DNA of 64,000 nt from Nitrospinales bacterium (GTDB lineage Bacteria > Nitrospinota > Nitrospinia > Nitrospinales > VA-1), in assembly GCA_965223795.1 (NCBI GenBank), contig CBDCXL010000002.1, positions 832,001 to 896,000 of the forward strand. Reading direction: 5' to 3'. Below are positions 1 through 10,722 of this stretch, one piece after another. The translations under genes and the position numbers were made by a program. The stretch's first letter is position 1. Each line of letters begins with the position of its first letter. Under the pieces are notes generated by a model that saw only the letters and a list, made by a program, of their open reading frames with translations, made no database searches and was not told the origin of the DNA.

Positions 1-1699
1 TTGTAGGCGGTGCGGGCGTGCATGACCTGACCCTGTTTGAGCAGGGTATCGCCCTGCTTGAGGCGGTCGAGATAGGTTTTGCGGATCTCGATGTCCTTCT
101 CACTTTTCACCGGCGCCGCCCACAGGATGAATCCGGCCAACAGAAGTGCAAACGAACTGGCCGCGGCGAGGCGGATTTTTGGACTTGCCGCCCATCGGAC
201 CGGTTGTTCCGCACGCCGCAACACCCAGGCAACCCCCAGCAGCGACGCGAGCTGTAGCAGCGGAAACACGACCAGGAACAGCCCGTCGCGGAAGTTGAAA
301 TCCTCCGCATTGGGCAGAAACAGCAGGCGGAAAAAATTGGTCGAGCGCAGCAGCAGCTCCGCCCTGTCCCACAACAACTGCGGGATGGCGGCGAGCGCCG
401 TGAGCGAAAACTCGGGATGGTTGTACGGCAGAGTCACCTTGTACTGCGCGATCATGAAATACTGCGAGCCGGCAAGCAGCACCACGGCGGCCGTTGCGGC
501 GCGGAAAGCCGGGCGGTGATGCGATATCCGCTTAAGCAGCAACGCCAGGCCGAGGGCGAACACCGGCAGCGCCGCGATGAGATGACGCTGGCCGTAGGAG
601 GCGGCGTCTTCCGGATACAGCACGATGACCGTGACCAGCGCTGCCAGATAAACCAGCAGAGCGGGCCGGGCTCCATCCAGCGGCTTTTTACCGATGGCAA
701 GGCCCAGCACGCCCAAGAGCGCCAGCGGCATGGAAAGCAGCAGCCCCCAGCGCGCGCCCCAGAGCAGGGAGGCGAACTTGCTGAAAAATTGCGCCGGTGA
801 AAACGCGGACAGCCCCTCTCCCGCGAAATGCAGGTGCCTGGGCGGCAGCGGCATGCCGTTCAACTGGTACCAGCAGACGAGCTGCGGCAGCATCAACAGG
901 AAAAACCCGCCTGTGAACAGCGCGAAGCGGGTGGCGGCGTTTCTCAGCCGCTCGGACAGAAACTCGCGCTCATCTCTTATCGTGTTGAAAAACAGATCCG
1001 CCGCTACCAGCGCGAAAAACACGACGTTGAGCACGCGCACGGTGCACAGAAACCCCAGCAGGCCGCCGAGAAAAAACGGACTGTTTGCGGATTTGCGGTG
1101 TTCAAGCCAGGCGAACACGAATGCGGCGGCGGCGAAAAATTCCACGCTGTGGGCCATGCGCTGGCGGATGAAGGTGAAGTACAGTAGCGGCGAGCCGATC
1201 CACAGGGCCAGCGTCGCGAGGGTGGCGGTGCGCGGCCCGGTGATGTTCTGTATCATGCGGTGCACCAGCAACAATCCGGCAAAAGCCCAGGTGGCGGAAG
1301 CGATGGCGGTGGACAGGTAATACGGGGCGCTGTAGCCGTCCGCCGGGACCTGGTATCCCAGTGCGCCGTACAGCAGGGCCAGCGCGTGGCCGATGAGGAA
1401 AAACGGGAAAAACAGAATCGCCTGCCCGATCTGCCAGTTGTTGAAGGTGTAGCCTGTGGGCGTCAGGCGCTCGGCGTGGACGTAGTGATCTCGTTTAAGA
1501 AATCCAGGTCGCCGTCAAAAAAAGCGGAACGCAGGTAGGCGTAGTAGCCGGAATCGTCGCCGCCGTCGATGCGGGTGACCGAATAGTAGCCGGTGTCGGC
1601 GTCGGGCGGAACCCAGGGGTTGAACACGCCAAGCGGCGTGAGCAGCAGGAACAGGAAGTAAAAAACACCGCCGTAGATGAGAAGGTCTTTTTTGGGCAT
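1..1699 (-). pseudogene. Multi-pass GT-C-like membrane glycosyltransferase, interrupted by a 1-bp frameshift near 1490 (pseudogene or sequencing error); 3' end runs off the window
   Basis: ORF 1699-1463 (MPKKDLL...GGDDSGYYAYLRSAFFDGDLDFLNE) stops early. The adjacent frame continues DHYVHAERLTPTGYTFNNWQIGQAILFFPFFLIGH...SPLLYF...ASYGQRHL and is open to position 1 with many hydrophobic helices. Confidence 0.8.
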
Positions 1700-1836
1700 A
1701 CGATCGATCGCGGTCGCGGGATGAAGCGGGGAATCCGCCGCAGGGCCTGGTGTTCAGCGGGCCGCCGTTCGCGAAGAAGGATCCGGGCTTGCATTTCAAC
1801 CCCGCCGCACGGCGTGCGCGCCGGCACGAAGGCGGA

Positions 1837-2979
1837 TCAGACGACGAGCCCTTTCTCCACCAGCTGCTGATGCGCGTCCTCCACCTGGGACACGGTTTCC
1901 TGGCCGTCGCCCCAGGCGATCAGCTCTTTGAGCCCCTGATCCAGATCGATCTGGGGCGCAAACCCCAGTTTCTGGATGCGCGAGGTGTCCGCGTAGCAGT
2001 GGCGGATGTCGCCGTTTCTGAACTTGCGGATCACGTTGGGCTTGAAGGACTTGTTGCGCAGCTTGATGAGGGTCTCGGCGATCTGCAGAATCGACGAGGG
2101 CTTGCCGGTGCCGATGTTGAAGATGCCGTAGTCCGCATCAGCGGAATCGAGCAGGATGAGCTTCGCCCGCACCAGATCCCTGACGTTGATCATGTCGCGC
2201 ATCTGCAGCCCGTCTTCATAGATCATCGGCGCCTTGTCGTTGAGCACGCAGGAGCAGAAGATGGCCGCCGCGCCGGTGTACGGGTTGTTGAGCGACTGGC
2301 GCGGGCCGTAGCAGTTGAAGTAGCGCGCCGCCACGGTGGGGATCTTGTAGGCCTTGCCGATCATCAGCGAATAGACCTCCTGATCCTTTTTGCTCTGCGC
2401 GTACACCGAGGTGGTGTCGAGTTCCTTTTCCTCGTCCGTCGGCACGGGCTCGGCGGGATTCCGGCATTCGGGGCACAGCATTTCCCAGATCCCGTCCTTC
2501 ATCTGCTGCTCGGGCCGGCATTTCGGGGAAAACACGCCGTGGTCCGCGCAGCGGTATTTGCCCTCGCCGTACAGGCTCATGGAACTGGCCACCAGCACCT
2601 TCTGGATGGAGGTGCGGTCGTTGACCAGAATGTCCCACAGGATGCCGGTGCCCTGCACGTTGGCGGAAATGTACTGGTCGATGGAATACATGGACTGGCC
2701 CACGCCGACTTCGGCGGCGTCGTGGATGATGACGTCCATGCCGTCCATGGCCTGCTTCAAACAATCGCGGTCGCGCACATCGCCTTTGATGAACTCCGCG
2801 TCCGCATGCAGGTACGGCGGCCGCTGCGCGTTTTTCCCGTGCACCTGCTCGGTCAGGTTGTCGTAAACTCGAACCGTGTCGCCGCGCTCGATCAGCGCGT
2901 CGACCGTGTGAGAACCGATGAACCCGGCTCCGCCTGTGACCAATACTTTTTTACCCATAGTTGCGTCCCGTTTACCCAT
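1837..2979 (-). CDS. NAD-dependent epimerase/dehydratase (extended SDR; WbiB-like nucleotide-sugar epimerase)
   Basis: [11 protein letters not shown]ossmann motif, YAQSK (YxxxK), NCYGPRQSLNNPYTG; alternative start at 2958. Confidence 0.9.
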   Translation of the reverse strand: MGKRDATMGKKVLVTGGAGFIGSHTVDALIERGDTVRVYDNLTEQVHGKNAQRPPYLHADAEFIKGDVRDRDCLKQAMDGMDVIIHDAAEVGVGQSMYSIDQYISANVQGTGILWDILVNDRTSIQKVLVASSMSLYGEGKYRCADHGVFSPKCRPEQQMKDGIWEMLCPECRNPAEPVPTDEEKELDTTSVYAQSKKDQEVYSLMIGKAYKIPTVAARYFNCYGPRQSLNNPYTGAAAIFCSCVLNDKAPMIYEDGLQMRDMINVRDLVRAKLILLDSADADYGIFNIGTGKPSSILQIAETLIKLRNKSFKPNVIRKFRNGDIRHCYADTSRIQKLGFAPQIDLDQGLKELIAWGDGQETVSQVEDAHQQLVEKGLVV

Positions 2980-2991
2980 AGTTGCGTCCCG
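2950..2991. repeat. Perfect 21-bp tandem duplication (TTTACCCATAGTTGCGTCCCG x2) spanning the epimerase start codon
   Basis: Read directly: 2950-2970 is identical to 2971-2991. Confidence 0.95.
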
Positions 2992-3473
2992 ACTCCGATT
3001 GCGTTTTTGGATGGATTGCTGGAATCAATAAACCACGATATGACGGGGTTTCGCGCCACGAACCCCCCTGCGGCCGCAAAACAACGGCGATTCCGCTGCG
3101 TCCCGGCAACTTCAAGCCTCATTGGAAGTTATCACAGATGTTCCCGCACAGGCACAGAAAAAATGTCCGCTCCGGCACAGTGCATCAAAAGACTTGAAAA
3201 ACGGAACCTTTCACTTTGTCCGGGCGCAGGGACAGGCGCTAAAGTGCAGGGATTTCAGTTTCCCTTCCCGGCGCCGGAGCGTCTTTAATGGGCGTGCCGC
3301 GAACCGGTCCTCTCCCCCGATTTGGATAGTTGTGGAAAAATGCGGGCGGGTGCAGTATGCTTTTTTGCGAAAAAAGGCGTTCCCGACCGCCGCGATTCTC
3401 ATTCCGCGGCCTCGAATCCAACCTGCCACCGTCTTTTTCCCGGCGACCTCTCATTCCGGGTCCTTTTCTTTAC

Positions 3474-4328
3474 ATGGAGCTTTCCTTCATCACGGTCAAC
3501 CATTACAGCAGCGGCGTTCTGCCCGTGTGCCTGGATTCGATCTATAAAACGCTGCCGGAGGGCCGTTTCGAAATCATCGTGGTGGACAACAGCAGCGACG
3601 ATCCGGGCATGCGCGAGCTCACACAACGCTATCCGGATCTCTCCGTGCTGAGCAATCCGGAAAACCGCGGCTTCGCCAAGGCCAACAATCAGGGCGCGGC
3701 GGCGGCAAAAGGCCGGTGGCTGGTGTTCCTCAACCCGGATACGGAACTGACGGAAAACGCCATCGCCGGCATGCAGGCGCACCTTGAAGCGCACCCGAAA
3801 GTCGGGGTGATCGCCCCCAAGGTGCTGAACCTGGACGGCAGCCTGCAGTACTCCTGCAGGCGTTTCCCCACGCTGTGGACGGGCCTGTTCAACCGCTACT
3901 CGATGCTGTCGCGCCTGTTCCCCTCAAACCGGTTCACGCGCCGCTACCTGATGACCGATTTCGACCACAACGCCGTGCGCGAAGTGGACTGGGTGTCGGG
4001 CTGCTTCATGATGATGCGCCGGGACGCGTTCGAACGCATCGGCGGCTTCGACGAGTCGTATTTTCTTTTCAACGAGGATGTCGACCTGTGCCGGGCCATG
4101 CAAAGCCGGGGTTACTCGGTGGTCTACTTCCCGCAGGCCACGGTGTACCACGAGATCGGCTCGAGCTACCGGCGCGTCCCGCCGAGACTCATCATCGAAC
4201 GCCACCGCGGCATGAAGCATTATTTCAAGAAACACCACGCGGCCGCGGGCAGGGTGACGCGCGGGCTGGTCGACTCTTTCATCGATGTGCGCTGCCTGTC
4301 GCAGCTTTTCTTCAATCTGTTTCGATGA
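3474..4328 (+). CDS. Glycosyltransferase family 2 (WbbL/rhamnosyltransferase-like)
   Basis: VVDNSSDD, NRGFAKANNQG, FLNPD, DWVSGCFMM, GGFDESYFLFNEDVDLC; start taken at ATG 3474. Confidence 0.9.
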   Translation: MELSFITVNHYSSGVLPVCLDSIYKTLPEGRFEIIVVDNSSDDPGMRELTQRYPDLSVLSNPENRGFAKANNQGAAAAKGRWLVFLNPDTELTENAIAGMQAHLEAHPKVGVIAPKVLNLDGSLQYSCRRFPTLWTGLFNRYSMLSRLFPSNRFTRRYLMTDFDHNAVREVDWVSGCFMMMRRDAFERIGGFDESYFLFNEDVDLCRAMQSRGYSVVYFPQATVYHEIGSSYRRVPPRLIIERHRGMKHYFKKHHAAAGRVTRGLVDSFIDVRCLSQLFFNLFR

Positions 4329-5407
4329 TGTTCGCGAGCCAGCCGATCTCCGGCAAGACCTACCTTGCGGGCTACACGCTGGCGTTTCTGCTTTCCTTTG
4401 GCTTCACGTTTTTTCTGGTGCGTGCGGTCAGCCGTTCCAATCGCCTCACCCGCTTTCTCAACCGGCTGCCGATTTCAGCGGGCAAGAACGTGAGCCCGTT
4501 CGGCGGCATCCCGGTGGTGTTTTCATTCCTCATCACATTGTGGGGGTTTTACGTTTTCGGCCTGCTGGCCGAAGCGCAGCGCAGCCTGCTGACGGTGCTG
4601 ACTCTGGGCACGGTGCTGATGTTCGGGCTCGGCCTTTATGACGATGTGTACCGCTGCAGCCCGCGCACGAAGCTTCTCGTGCAGGCGGTCATCGCCGTCA
4701 TTTTGTACTTCGCGGGATTTCAGATCGAGCGCATCGGCGACTGGATCGAACTGGGACCGTTCTCGATCCTGCTGACCATCCTGTGGATCGTCGGCATCAC
4801 CAATTCGCTGAACCTGATCGACGGCATGGACGGGCTGGCGAGCGGCGTGGTGTTTTTCTCCTGCCTGACCCTGGTTTTCGTCTACCTGGAGCGCCACATC
4901 CCGGAGGCGGCGTTTCTCGCCGTGGCGCTGGCGGGCAGCGTGCTGGGATTTTTTCTGTTCAATTTTCCGCCGGCCCGCATCATCCTCGGCGATACCGGCA
5001 GCCTGCCGCTGGGGCTGCTGGTCTCGCTCATCACGCTGCTGCCGCTCAATCAGGGGCACACGGACGAAATCTATTACCTCATCCCGGTGATCACGCTGCT
5101 CATCCCGATCCTCGACACGGCGTTCGCCGTGGCGCGCCGGATTCTCAAAGGGGTGAGCCCGTTCTCGGCGGACGCCGAGCACCTGCACCACCGGCTCGGC
5201 AGGCTGGGGCTGTCTTCCGCGAAAACCATCTGCCTGCTGTTCGCGATCGGGTTCTACTTCGATCTGTCGGCGATGGTCCCGGTGTACCGGATCAACCTCA
5301 TCCCGCACTTCATCCCGATCTATTTCGTGTTCATCCTGATGAACGTCGCGGGCCTCATCGGCCTGCTGAGGCATTGCGAAAAAAAACGCCGTGACGCCAC
5401 CTCCTGA
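4325..5407 (+). CDS. MraY/WecA-family undecaprenyl-phosphate sugar-1-phosphate transferase
   Basis: GLYDD, NSLNLIDGMDGLA, FNFPPARIILGDTGS, HLHH motifs; ATG overlaps the upstream TGA. Confidence 0.9.
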   Translation: MMFASQPISGKTYLAGYTLAFLLSFGFTFFLVRAVSRSNRLTRFLNRLPISAGKNVSPFGGIPVVFSFLITLWGFYVFGLLAEAQRSLLTVLTLGTVLMFGLGLYDDVYRCSPRTKLLVQAVIAVILYFAGFQIERIGDWIELGPFSILLTILWIVGITNSLNLIDGMDGLASGVVFFSCLTLVFVYLERHIPEAAFLAVALAGSVLGFFLFNFPPARIILGDTGSLPLGLLVSLITLLPLNQGHTDEIYYLIPVITLLIPILDTAFAVARRILKGVSPFSADAEHLHHRLGRLGLSSAKTICLLFAIGFYFDLSAMVPVYRINLIPHFIPIYFVFILMNVAGLIGLLRHCEKKRRDATS

Positions 5408-7481
5408 AAAACCCATCCCGCTGCTGCGGGTGCTCGCCGTTCCCGCCTGCATCCTCGCGGCCGTCGCGCTGATCTACGGCAACAGCCTTGACGCGCCGTT
5501 CAATTACGACGACGAAGCGACGATCAAAAACGACATCGTGTTCGGCGGCGACCGGTTTTTCGACTGGCATCCCCTGCACTACCGGCACCTGTTTTTTCTG
5601 ACGCTGGCGGCAAACCACGCTCTTAGCGGTCTGGACCCGTTCGGCTACCATGTGTTCAACGTCGTGGTGCATGCTTTCAGCGCCGTGCTGCTGCTGGCGA
5701 TCGCGTTTTTCACCCTCGAACGGGGCCTTGCGTGGGAGCGGCGGCCGGCTTTCACCGTCGCCGCGCTGACGGCGCTGATCTTCGCGCTGCATCCCGTCCA
5801 CACCGAAGCGGTGACCTATATTTCCGGACGCGCCAGCAGCCTGTCCGGGTTTTTCTTTCTGCTGTCGCTGCTCTGTTTCATCGCCGGCAGTGTGAAAGAA
5901 GCCGGCGCGTGGCGGCGTTTCGGTCTTTACGCGCTGTCGCTTGCGGGCTTTTTGGCGGCGCTGCTGAGCAAGGAGACCAGCGCCGTGCTGCCCCTCGTGC
6001 TGTGTCTGTACGATGTCTGCTTCCTGCGCGGCGAGCGATTCAAACCGTTCAGGCAGCGGCTGCATTGCTTCTACCTTCCGGTTCTGCTGGCCGGGGCGGC
6101 GGCGTTTGTGCTGTCGCCGGAGCTCCTGGCGCAGCTTGGTCAGTGGCTGCCGCGGATCGACCTGTCCTACGCCGGGATGCAGACGGTGGTGGTGGCGTAC
6201 GCGTTCAAACTTTTCTTCTGGCCGGTCAATCTGAGTTTCGATCACGACTTCACGCCGGGATTTTTTTCCGCGGGCGCTTTTTTTATGACCGGCGCGGCGG
6301 CGCTTCTCCTGGCAATGCACGCGGGCTTGACAGAACGGCCGCGGGCGCGCCGCCTCATTCTCTTTTGCCTGCTCTGGTTTATCATCACGCTCGCGCCCAC
6401 CAACAGCCTGCTGCCGCGGCCGGATCTTCTGAGCGAACGCAACCTCTACCTGCCGGCCGCGGGCCTGAGCCTGCTGCTGGCGGTGTGGCTGCACGGGTTG
6501 TTTTTCACGCGGCGCGGCGCGGCACCGGGGTTCCGGCGTGCGGCCGGAACCGTCTGTGTGGCGGTGCTGCTCGTCTCGTTCACCGCGCTGCTGGTTCACA
6601 GAAACGGCGTGTACGCCTCCAATGTGACGCTGTGGGAGGACACGCTGAAAAAATCGCCCGGCAAGCCGCGCGCGCTGCACAACCTCAGCCATTTTTACCT
6701 GCGCGACAAACGCTACGATGAGGCTCTGGTGACGCTTGAACGGCTGGCGGCGTCGAACGCGTCGCCGTTTTACCGTTCGTTCGCGCACAACAACCTGGGC
6801 AGCCTGCACACGCACTTCGGCAATCCCGCCCAGGCGGAAAAGGAGTTCCAGGCGGCGATCGCCAGCGATCCCACGATCCCGACCGGGTATTTCAATCTGG
6901 CCTCGCTGTACGCCTCGCGTGAGCGGTATGCGGAAGCGCGCACTCAATATGCGCTGGCGGAGGAGCGCTACACAATGTACCGCTGGGGCTATCCCAAGCC
7001 GGCGGAACTGGCGGTCAACCGCGCCAAAGTGAACCTGAAACTGGGGCTTTTGCAGGAGGCGGAAACCATCCTCAATGGCCTGCTGAAAACCGTTCCCGAC
7101 TCCGGCGACGGCCTGATGCTGCTGGGCGATCTCCTCCAGGCCACGGGCCGCCGGGATGCGGCGATCCGGACGTACCAGAAAATTGCGCGCCCCCCTGAAA
7201 CCAAAAGCCGGGCGCGCAACAACCTGGGAATCCTGTGGATCGAACAGGGCGAGACAGAACGCGCGCTCGCGGCATTTAAAGAGGCGGCCGCTCTCGACCC
7301 GAAGCTGGCGGACGCGCATTTCAATCTCGGCACGCTGCTGATGCAGACGGAGGGGGATCTTAAAAAAGCACGGACGCACCTTGAAACGGCGCTCACGCTG
7401 ATCCGCGATCCCCAAAAGCACAACGCCGTGCGGATGCAGCTCAAAAAACTCGGCGCAAACGCTCCGGGCGGAGAAAGATAA
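5391..7481 (+). CDS. TMTC-like GT-C membrane protein with C-terminal TPR repeats
   Basis: YDD, GYHVFN, HPVHTEAVTYISGR, SKE, ERNLYLP motifs followed by repeated HNNLG/YFNLA TPR helices. Confidence 0.85.
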   Translation: MTPPPEKPIPLLRVLAVPACILAAVALIYGNSLDAPFNYDDEATIKNDIVFGGDRFFDWHPLHYRHLFFLTLAANHALSGLDPFGYHVFNVVVHAFSAVLLLAIAFFTLERGLAWERRPAFTVAALTALIFALHPVHTEAVTYISGRASSLSGFFFLLSLLCFIAGSVKEAGAWRRFGLYALSLAGFLAALLSKETSAVLPLVLCLYDVCFLRGERFKPFRQRLHCFYLPVLLAGAAAFVLSPELLAQLGQWLPRIDLSYAGMQTVVVAYAFKLFFWPVNLSFDHDFTPGFFSAGAFFMTGAAALLLAMHAGLTERPRARRLILFCLLWFIITLAPTNSLLPRPDLLSERNLYLPAAGLSLLLAVWLHGLFFTRRGAAPGFRRAAGTVCVAVLLVSFTALLVHRNGVYASNVTLWEDTLKKSPGKPRALHNLSHFYLRDKRYDEALVTLERLAASNASPFYRSFAHNNLGSLHTHFGNPAQAEKEFQAAIASDPTIPTGYFNLASLYASRERYAEARTQYALAEERYTMYRWGYPKPAELAVNRAKVNLKLGLLQEAETILNGLLKTVPDSGDGLMLLGDLLQATGRRDAAIRTYQKIARPPETKSRARNNLGILWIEQGETERALAAFKEAAALDPKLADAHFNLGTLLMQTEGDLKKARTHLETALTLIRDPQKHNAVRMQLKKLGANAPGGER

Positions 7482-7484
7482 ACG

Positions 7485-8474
7485 TCAGAGGCTGCGCTTG
7501 CGCTTTGAATACGGCAACCATACGCCCTTGAGCATCGCCTGCCGGATCGCGCGCACCGGGACCCGCCGCCGCGCCTGGATGGTTTTGCGTTTTTCCCACA
7601 TCGCCGGGCAGCCTTTGAGCGCATCCCATTTGGCTTTGAACACCGATTTGCCTTTTTTGCGCCACGAGAACCAGAGCAGCGCCGCCGCGTTGGCCAGCAG
7701 GTGCTGCGGCAGGTACACCCATATCAACGGCTCTGGCATGTTTTTCACGTAGGTCCAGACCAGATTGCGGCTGCCGTGGTAGACCGCGTAATCGCTATAG
7801 CGGTGGGTGGAGCCGGAACCCACGTGCTGCACGCGCGCTTCGGCCACATACAGGCTGCGGTGGCCCAGAAGCCGCAGGCGAAACGCGAGATCCACGTCTT
7901 CGAAATAGGAATGGTGGCTTTCGTCGAAGCCGCCCGCGCAGAGGAACAGGTCGCGCCGGATCAGCGCCGCCGCGGCGCAGGGGGCGAACACCTCGCCGGT
8001 GGTCCTTCGCGTCCGGCACGCGGCCTCGCCGTGATCGCGGCGCCAGGCGAGGCCGCTGACGTGGTAGCAATCGCCGGTGCCGTCCAGCAGCGCATCCGAT
8101 CCCCAGCGGATCATGTGGCTGCCGAAAAAGGAGAATTTGTTTTCGCGCCGCGCGCACGCGTGCAGGTTCTCAAGCCAGGCGGAATCGGCGAACGCATCGG
8201 GGTTGAGAAACGCGATCCACTCGCAGTCCGCGCACACGCGCACGGCGAGGTTGTTGGCGGCGGCGAAGCCGGTGTTCGCGCCCAGGCACACAAGATCGCA
8301 GAGCGGGAAATGCTTCTCGACGGCATCGAGTGATGCGTCGCTGCTGGCGTTGTCGATGACGAGGATTTTCTGCGGACGCACGGTCTGCGCGGCGAGGGCC
8401 GCCAGGCAGCGTTCCAGATCCTCGCCGGAATTCCAGTTGACGATGACCACCGCAACCGGAACGCCCGGCCTCAT
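7485..8474 (-). CDS. Glycosyltransferase family 2
   Basis: VVIVNWN, IDNASSD, NTGFAAANN, FLNPD, GGFDE..FEDVDL. Confidence 0.9.
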   Translation of the reverse strand: MRPGVPVAVVIVNWNSGEDLERCLAALAAQTVRPQKILVIDNASSDASLDAVEKHFPLCDLVCLGANTGFAAANNLAVRVCADCEWIAFLNPDAFADSAWLENLHACARRENKFSFFGSHMIRWGSDALLDGTGDCYHVSGLAWRRDHGEAACRTRRTTGEVFAPCAAAALIRRDLFLCAGGFDESHHSYFEDVDLAFRLRLLGHRSLYVAEARVQHVGSGSTHRYSDYAVYHGSRNLVWTYVKNMPEPLIWVYLPQHLLANAAALLWFSWRKKGKSVFKAKWDALKGCPAMWEKRKTIQARRRVPVRAIRQAMLKGVWLPYSKRKRSL

Positions 8475-8488
8475 GGCCGCACCCGGAC

Positions 8489-8517
8489 TTGCAAAGCACC
8501 GGGCGAGGGCCTATACT
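8489..8517 (+). promoter_or_regulatory. Sigma70-type promoter for rmlBAD
   Basis: TTGCAA-17 bp-TATACT. Confidence 0.55.
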
Positions 8518-8632
8518 CGGCCTTGCGGACGCGGGCGTTCCAAGAACCTCCTCCCCTCCTTCCCGCAGGCATGATCGTTTCGGGTTGGCCGCGCGGCCTT
8601 CGCTGTTCCGGCTGCATCTGATTCTGAAATCC

Positions 8633-8646
8633 TGAAAACGTTTTCA
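8633..8646. promoter_or_regulatory. Perfect palindrome TGAAAACGTTTTCA, LacI/GalR-type operator candidate
   Basis: 14-bp palindrome with central CG in the leader of rmlB. Confidence 0.45.
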
Positions 8647-8712
8647 ATGTGGAAGCGGCGCCGGGCCCGCCGCGTGATTACAGGTTGTCCGGCAGCTTCT
8701 GATTTCATCACG

Positions 8713-9783
8713 ATGAAAACCTATTTTGTCACCGGCGGCGCCGGGTTCATCGGCTGCAACTTCGTGCTTCACGCGCTTGCCGATCCCGAATGCCGCATCG
8801 TCAACTACGACAAGCTCACTTACGCGGGCAACCGGGAATCGCTGTCCGCGTGCGTGGACAACCCGCGGCATGTGTTTTGCCAGGGCGACATCCGCGACCG
8901 GCAGGCGGTGCTCAAGCTTCTGACGCAGCACAAGCCGGACGCCGTCGTCAACTTCGCGGCGGAATCGCATGTGGACCGTTCGATCGACGGACCCTCCGAG
9001 TTCATTCAAACCAACGTCGTGGGCACTTTCGAGCTGCTGGAAGCGGCGCGCGCCTACTGGGAAAGCCTGAAGAGCGACGCGCGCGGCCGGTTCCGCTTTC
9101 TGCACATCTCCACCGACGAAGTCTACGGTTCGCTCGGCAGCGAAGGCCTGTTCAGGGAGACGACGTCCTACGCCCCCAATTCTCCGTACGCGGCGTCGAA
9201 AGCGGCCTCGGACCACCTGGTGCGCGCGTACCACAAGACGTACGGGCTGCCGGTACTCACGACCAACTGCTCGAACAACTACGGGCCGTTTCAGTTTCCG
9301 GAAAAACTCGTTCCGCTGATGATCCACAACGCCCTCAACGGAAAACCGCTGACGGTGTACGGCGACGGCAGGCACATCCGCGACTGGCTGTACGTGGACG
9401 ACCACTGCCGGGCCCTGTCCTGCGTTCTGCAAAAGGGCGCGGTGGGGGAAGTGTATAACATCGGCGGCGACAATGAAAAAACCAATCTCGAGATGGTGCA
9501 GACGCTGTGCGCGCTCCTCGATGAGCTGGCTGCGGATTCGGGCCACGCGCCGCACCAATCGCTCATCCAGTTCGTCGCCGATCGGCCGGGACACGACCGC
9601 CGCTACGCCATCGACGCCGGTAAAATCAAGCGGGAGCTGGGCTGGGCCGCCAGCGAAACGCTGGCCACGGGCCTCAGGAAAACCGCGGCCTGGTATCTCA
9701 ACAACCGCAAATGGGTGGAACGCGTGATGTCGGGCGCGTACCGGGGCGAGCGGCTGGGCCTGCGCGATGGAGTGAATTCATGA
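8713..9783 (+). CDS. rfbB: dTDP-glucose 4,6-dehydratase
   Basis: [54 protein letters not shown]. Confidence 0.97.
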   Translation: MKTYFVTGGAGFIGCNFVLHALADPECRIVNYDKLTYAGNRESLSACVDNPRHVFCQGDIRDRQAVLKLLTQHKPDAVVNFAAESHVDRSIDGPSEFIQTNVVGTFELLEAARAYWESLKSDARGRFRFLHISTDEVYGSLGSEGLFRETTSYAPNSPYAASKAASDHLVRAYHKTYGLPVLTTNCSNNYGPFQFPEKLVPLMIHNALNGKPLTVYGDGRHIRDWLYVDDHCRALSCVLQKGAVGEVYNIGGDNEKTNLEMVQTLCALLDELAADSGHAPHQSLIQFVADRPGHDRRYAIDAGKIKRELGWAASETLATGLRKTAAWYLNNRKWVERVMSGAYRGERLGLRDGVNS

Positions 9784-10661
9784 TCGAAAAGGGCATCATC
9801 CTGGCGGGCGGGTCGGGCACGCGGCTGTATCCTTTGACCCAGGTGGTGAGCAAGCAGCTCATGCCGCTGTACGACAAGCCGATGATCTACTATCCGTTGA
9901 GCACGCTGATGCTGGCGGGCATCGGCGACATCCTGATCATCACCACGCCGGAGGACCGGCACCTGTTCGAGGCGCTGCTGAAAGACGGGTCGCAATGGGG
10001 CATCCGCATCCGCTACGCGGTGCAGCCGGCGCCGGAAGGGCTGGCGCAGGCGTTTCTCATCGGCCGCGACTTCATCGGCAAGGACGGCTGCTGCCTGATC
10101 CTCGGCGACAACGTGTTCTACGGGCAGGGACTGAGCGGCCTGTTGCAGAAGGCGCGCGCCCGCACTCAGGGGGCCACGGTGTTCGGATACTGGGTCAACG
10201 ACCCGCAGAACTACGGCATCCCCGAGTTCGACGCGGCGGGCAAGGTGGTGCGCATCGAGGAGAAGCCCGCCGAGCCCAAGTCCAACTACGCCATCACCGG
10301 CCTGTATTTTTACGACAACAGCGTCGTGGACATCGCTGCGGGGCTCACGCCCTCGGCGCGCGGCGAGCTGGAGATCACCGACGTCAACAAGGCGTACCTC
10401 GATAAAAACCGGTTGACGCTGGAGAAGATGGGGCGCGGGTTCGCCTGGCTGGACACGGGGTCGCACGATTCCCTGCTGGCGGCGGCCAATTTCATCGAGA
10501 CCATCGAGAACCGGCAGGGACTCAAGGTCTGCTGCCCGGAGGAGATCGCCTACCGCACCGGGCGGATTTCCAAAGAGGACCTGAAGGCTCTGGCGCAGCC
10601 GTTTAAAAACAACGGCTACGGCGCGTATCTGTTGTCCCTGACCCGTCAGGTGGACCGGTGA
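9780..10661 (+). CDS. rfbA: Glucose-1-phosphate thymidylyltransferase
   Basis: [54 protein letters not shown]. Confidence 0.97.
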   Translation: MIEKGIILAGGSGTRLYPLTQVVSKQLMPLYDKPMIYYPLSTLMLAGIGDILIITTPEDRHLFEALLKDGSQWGIRIRYAVQPAPEGLAQAFLIGRDFIGKDGCCLILGDNVFYGQGLSGLLQKARARTQGATVFGYWVNDPQNYGIPEFDAAGKVVRIEEKPAEPKSNYAITGLYFYDNSVVDIAAGLTPSARGELEITDVNKAYLDKNRLTLEKMGRGFAWLDTGSHDSLLAAANFIETIENRQGLKVCCPEEIAYRTGRISKEDLKALAQPFKNNGYGAYLLSLTRQVDR

Positions 10662-10722
10662 ACGGTTTTCCCCGCTGCTCTTGCACCCTGCCCTCGCATT
10701 TCTTATTCCTTCGGCTCGACGC

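Noticed and set aside
1750..3288. 512-aa plus-strand ORF, and similar long ORFs at 5355-7421, 14318-16069, 54568-56211, 56287-57792 and 60354-62177
   Set aside because: Antisense shadows of well-supported genes, expected in GC-rich DNA; no recognisable motifs.
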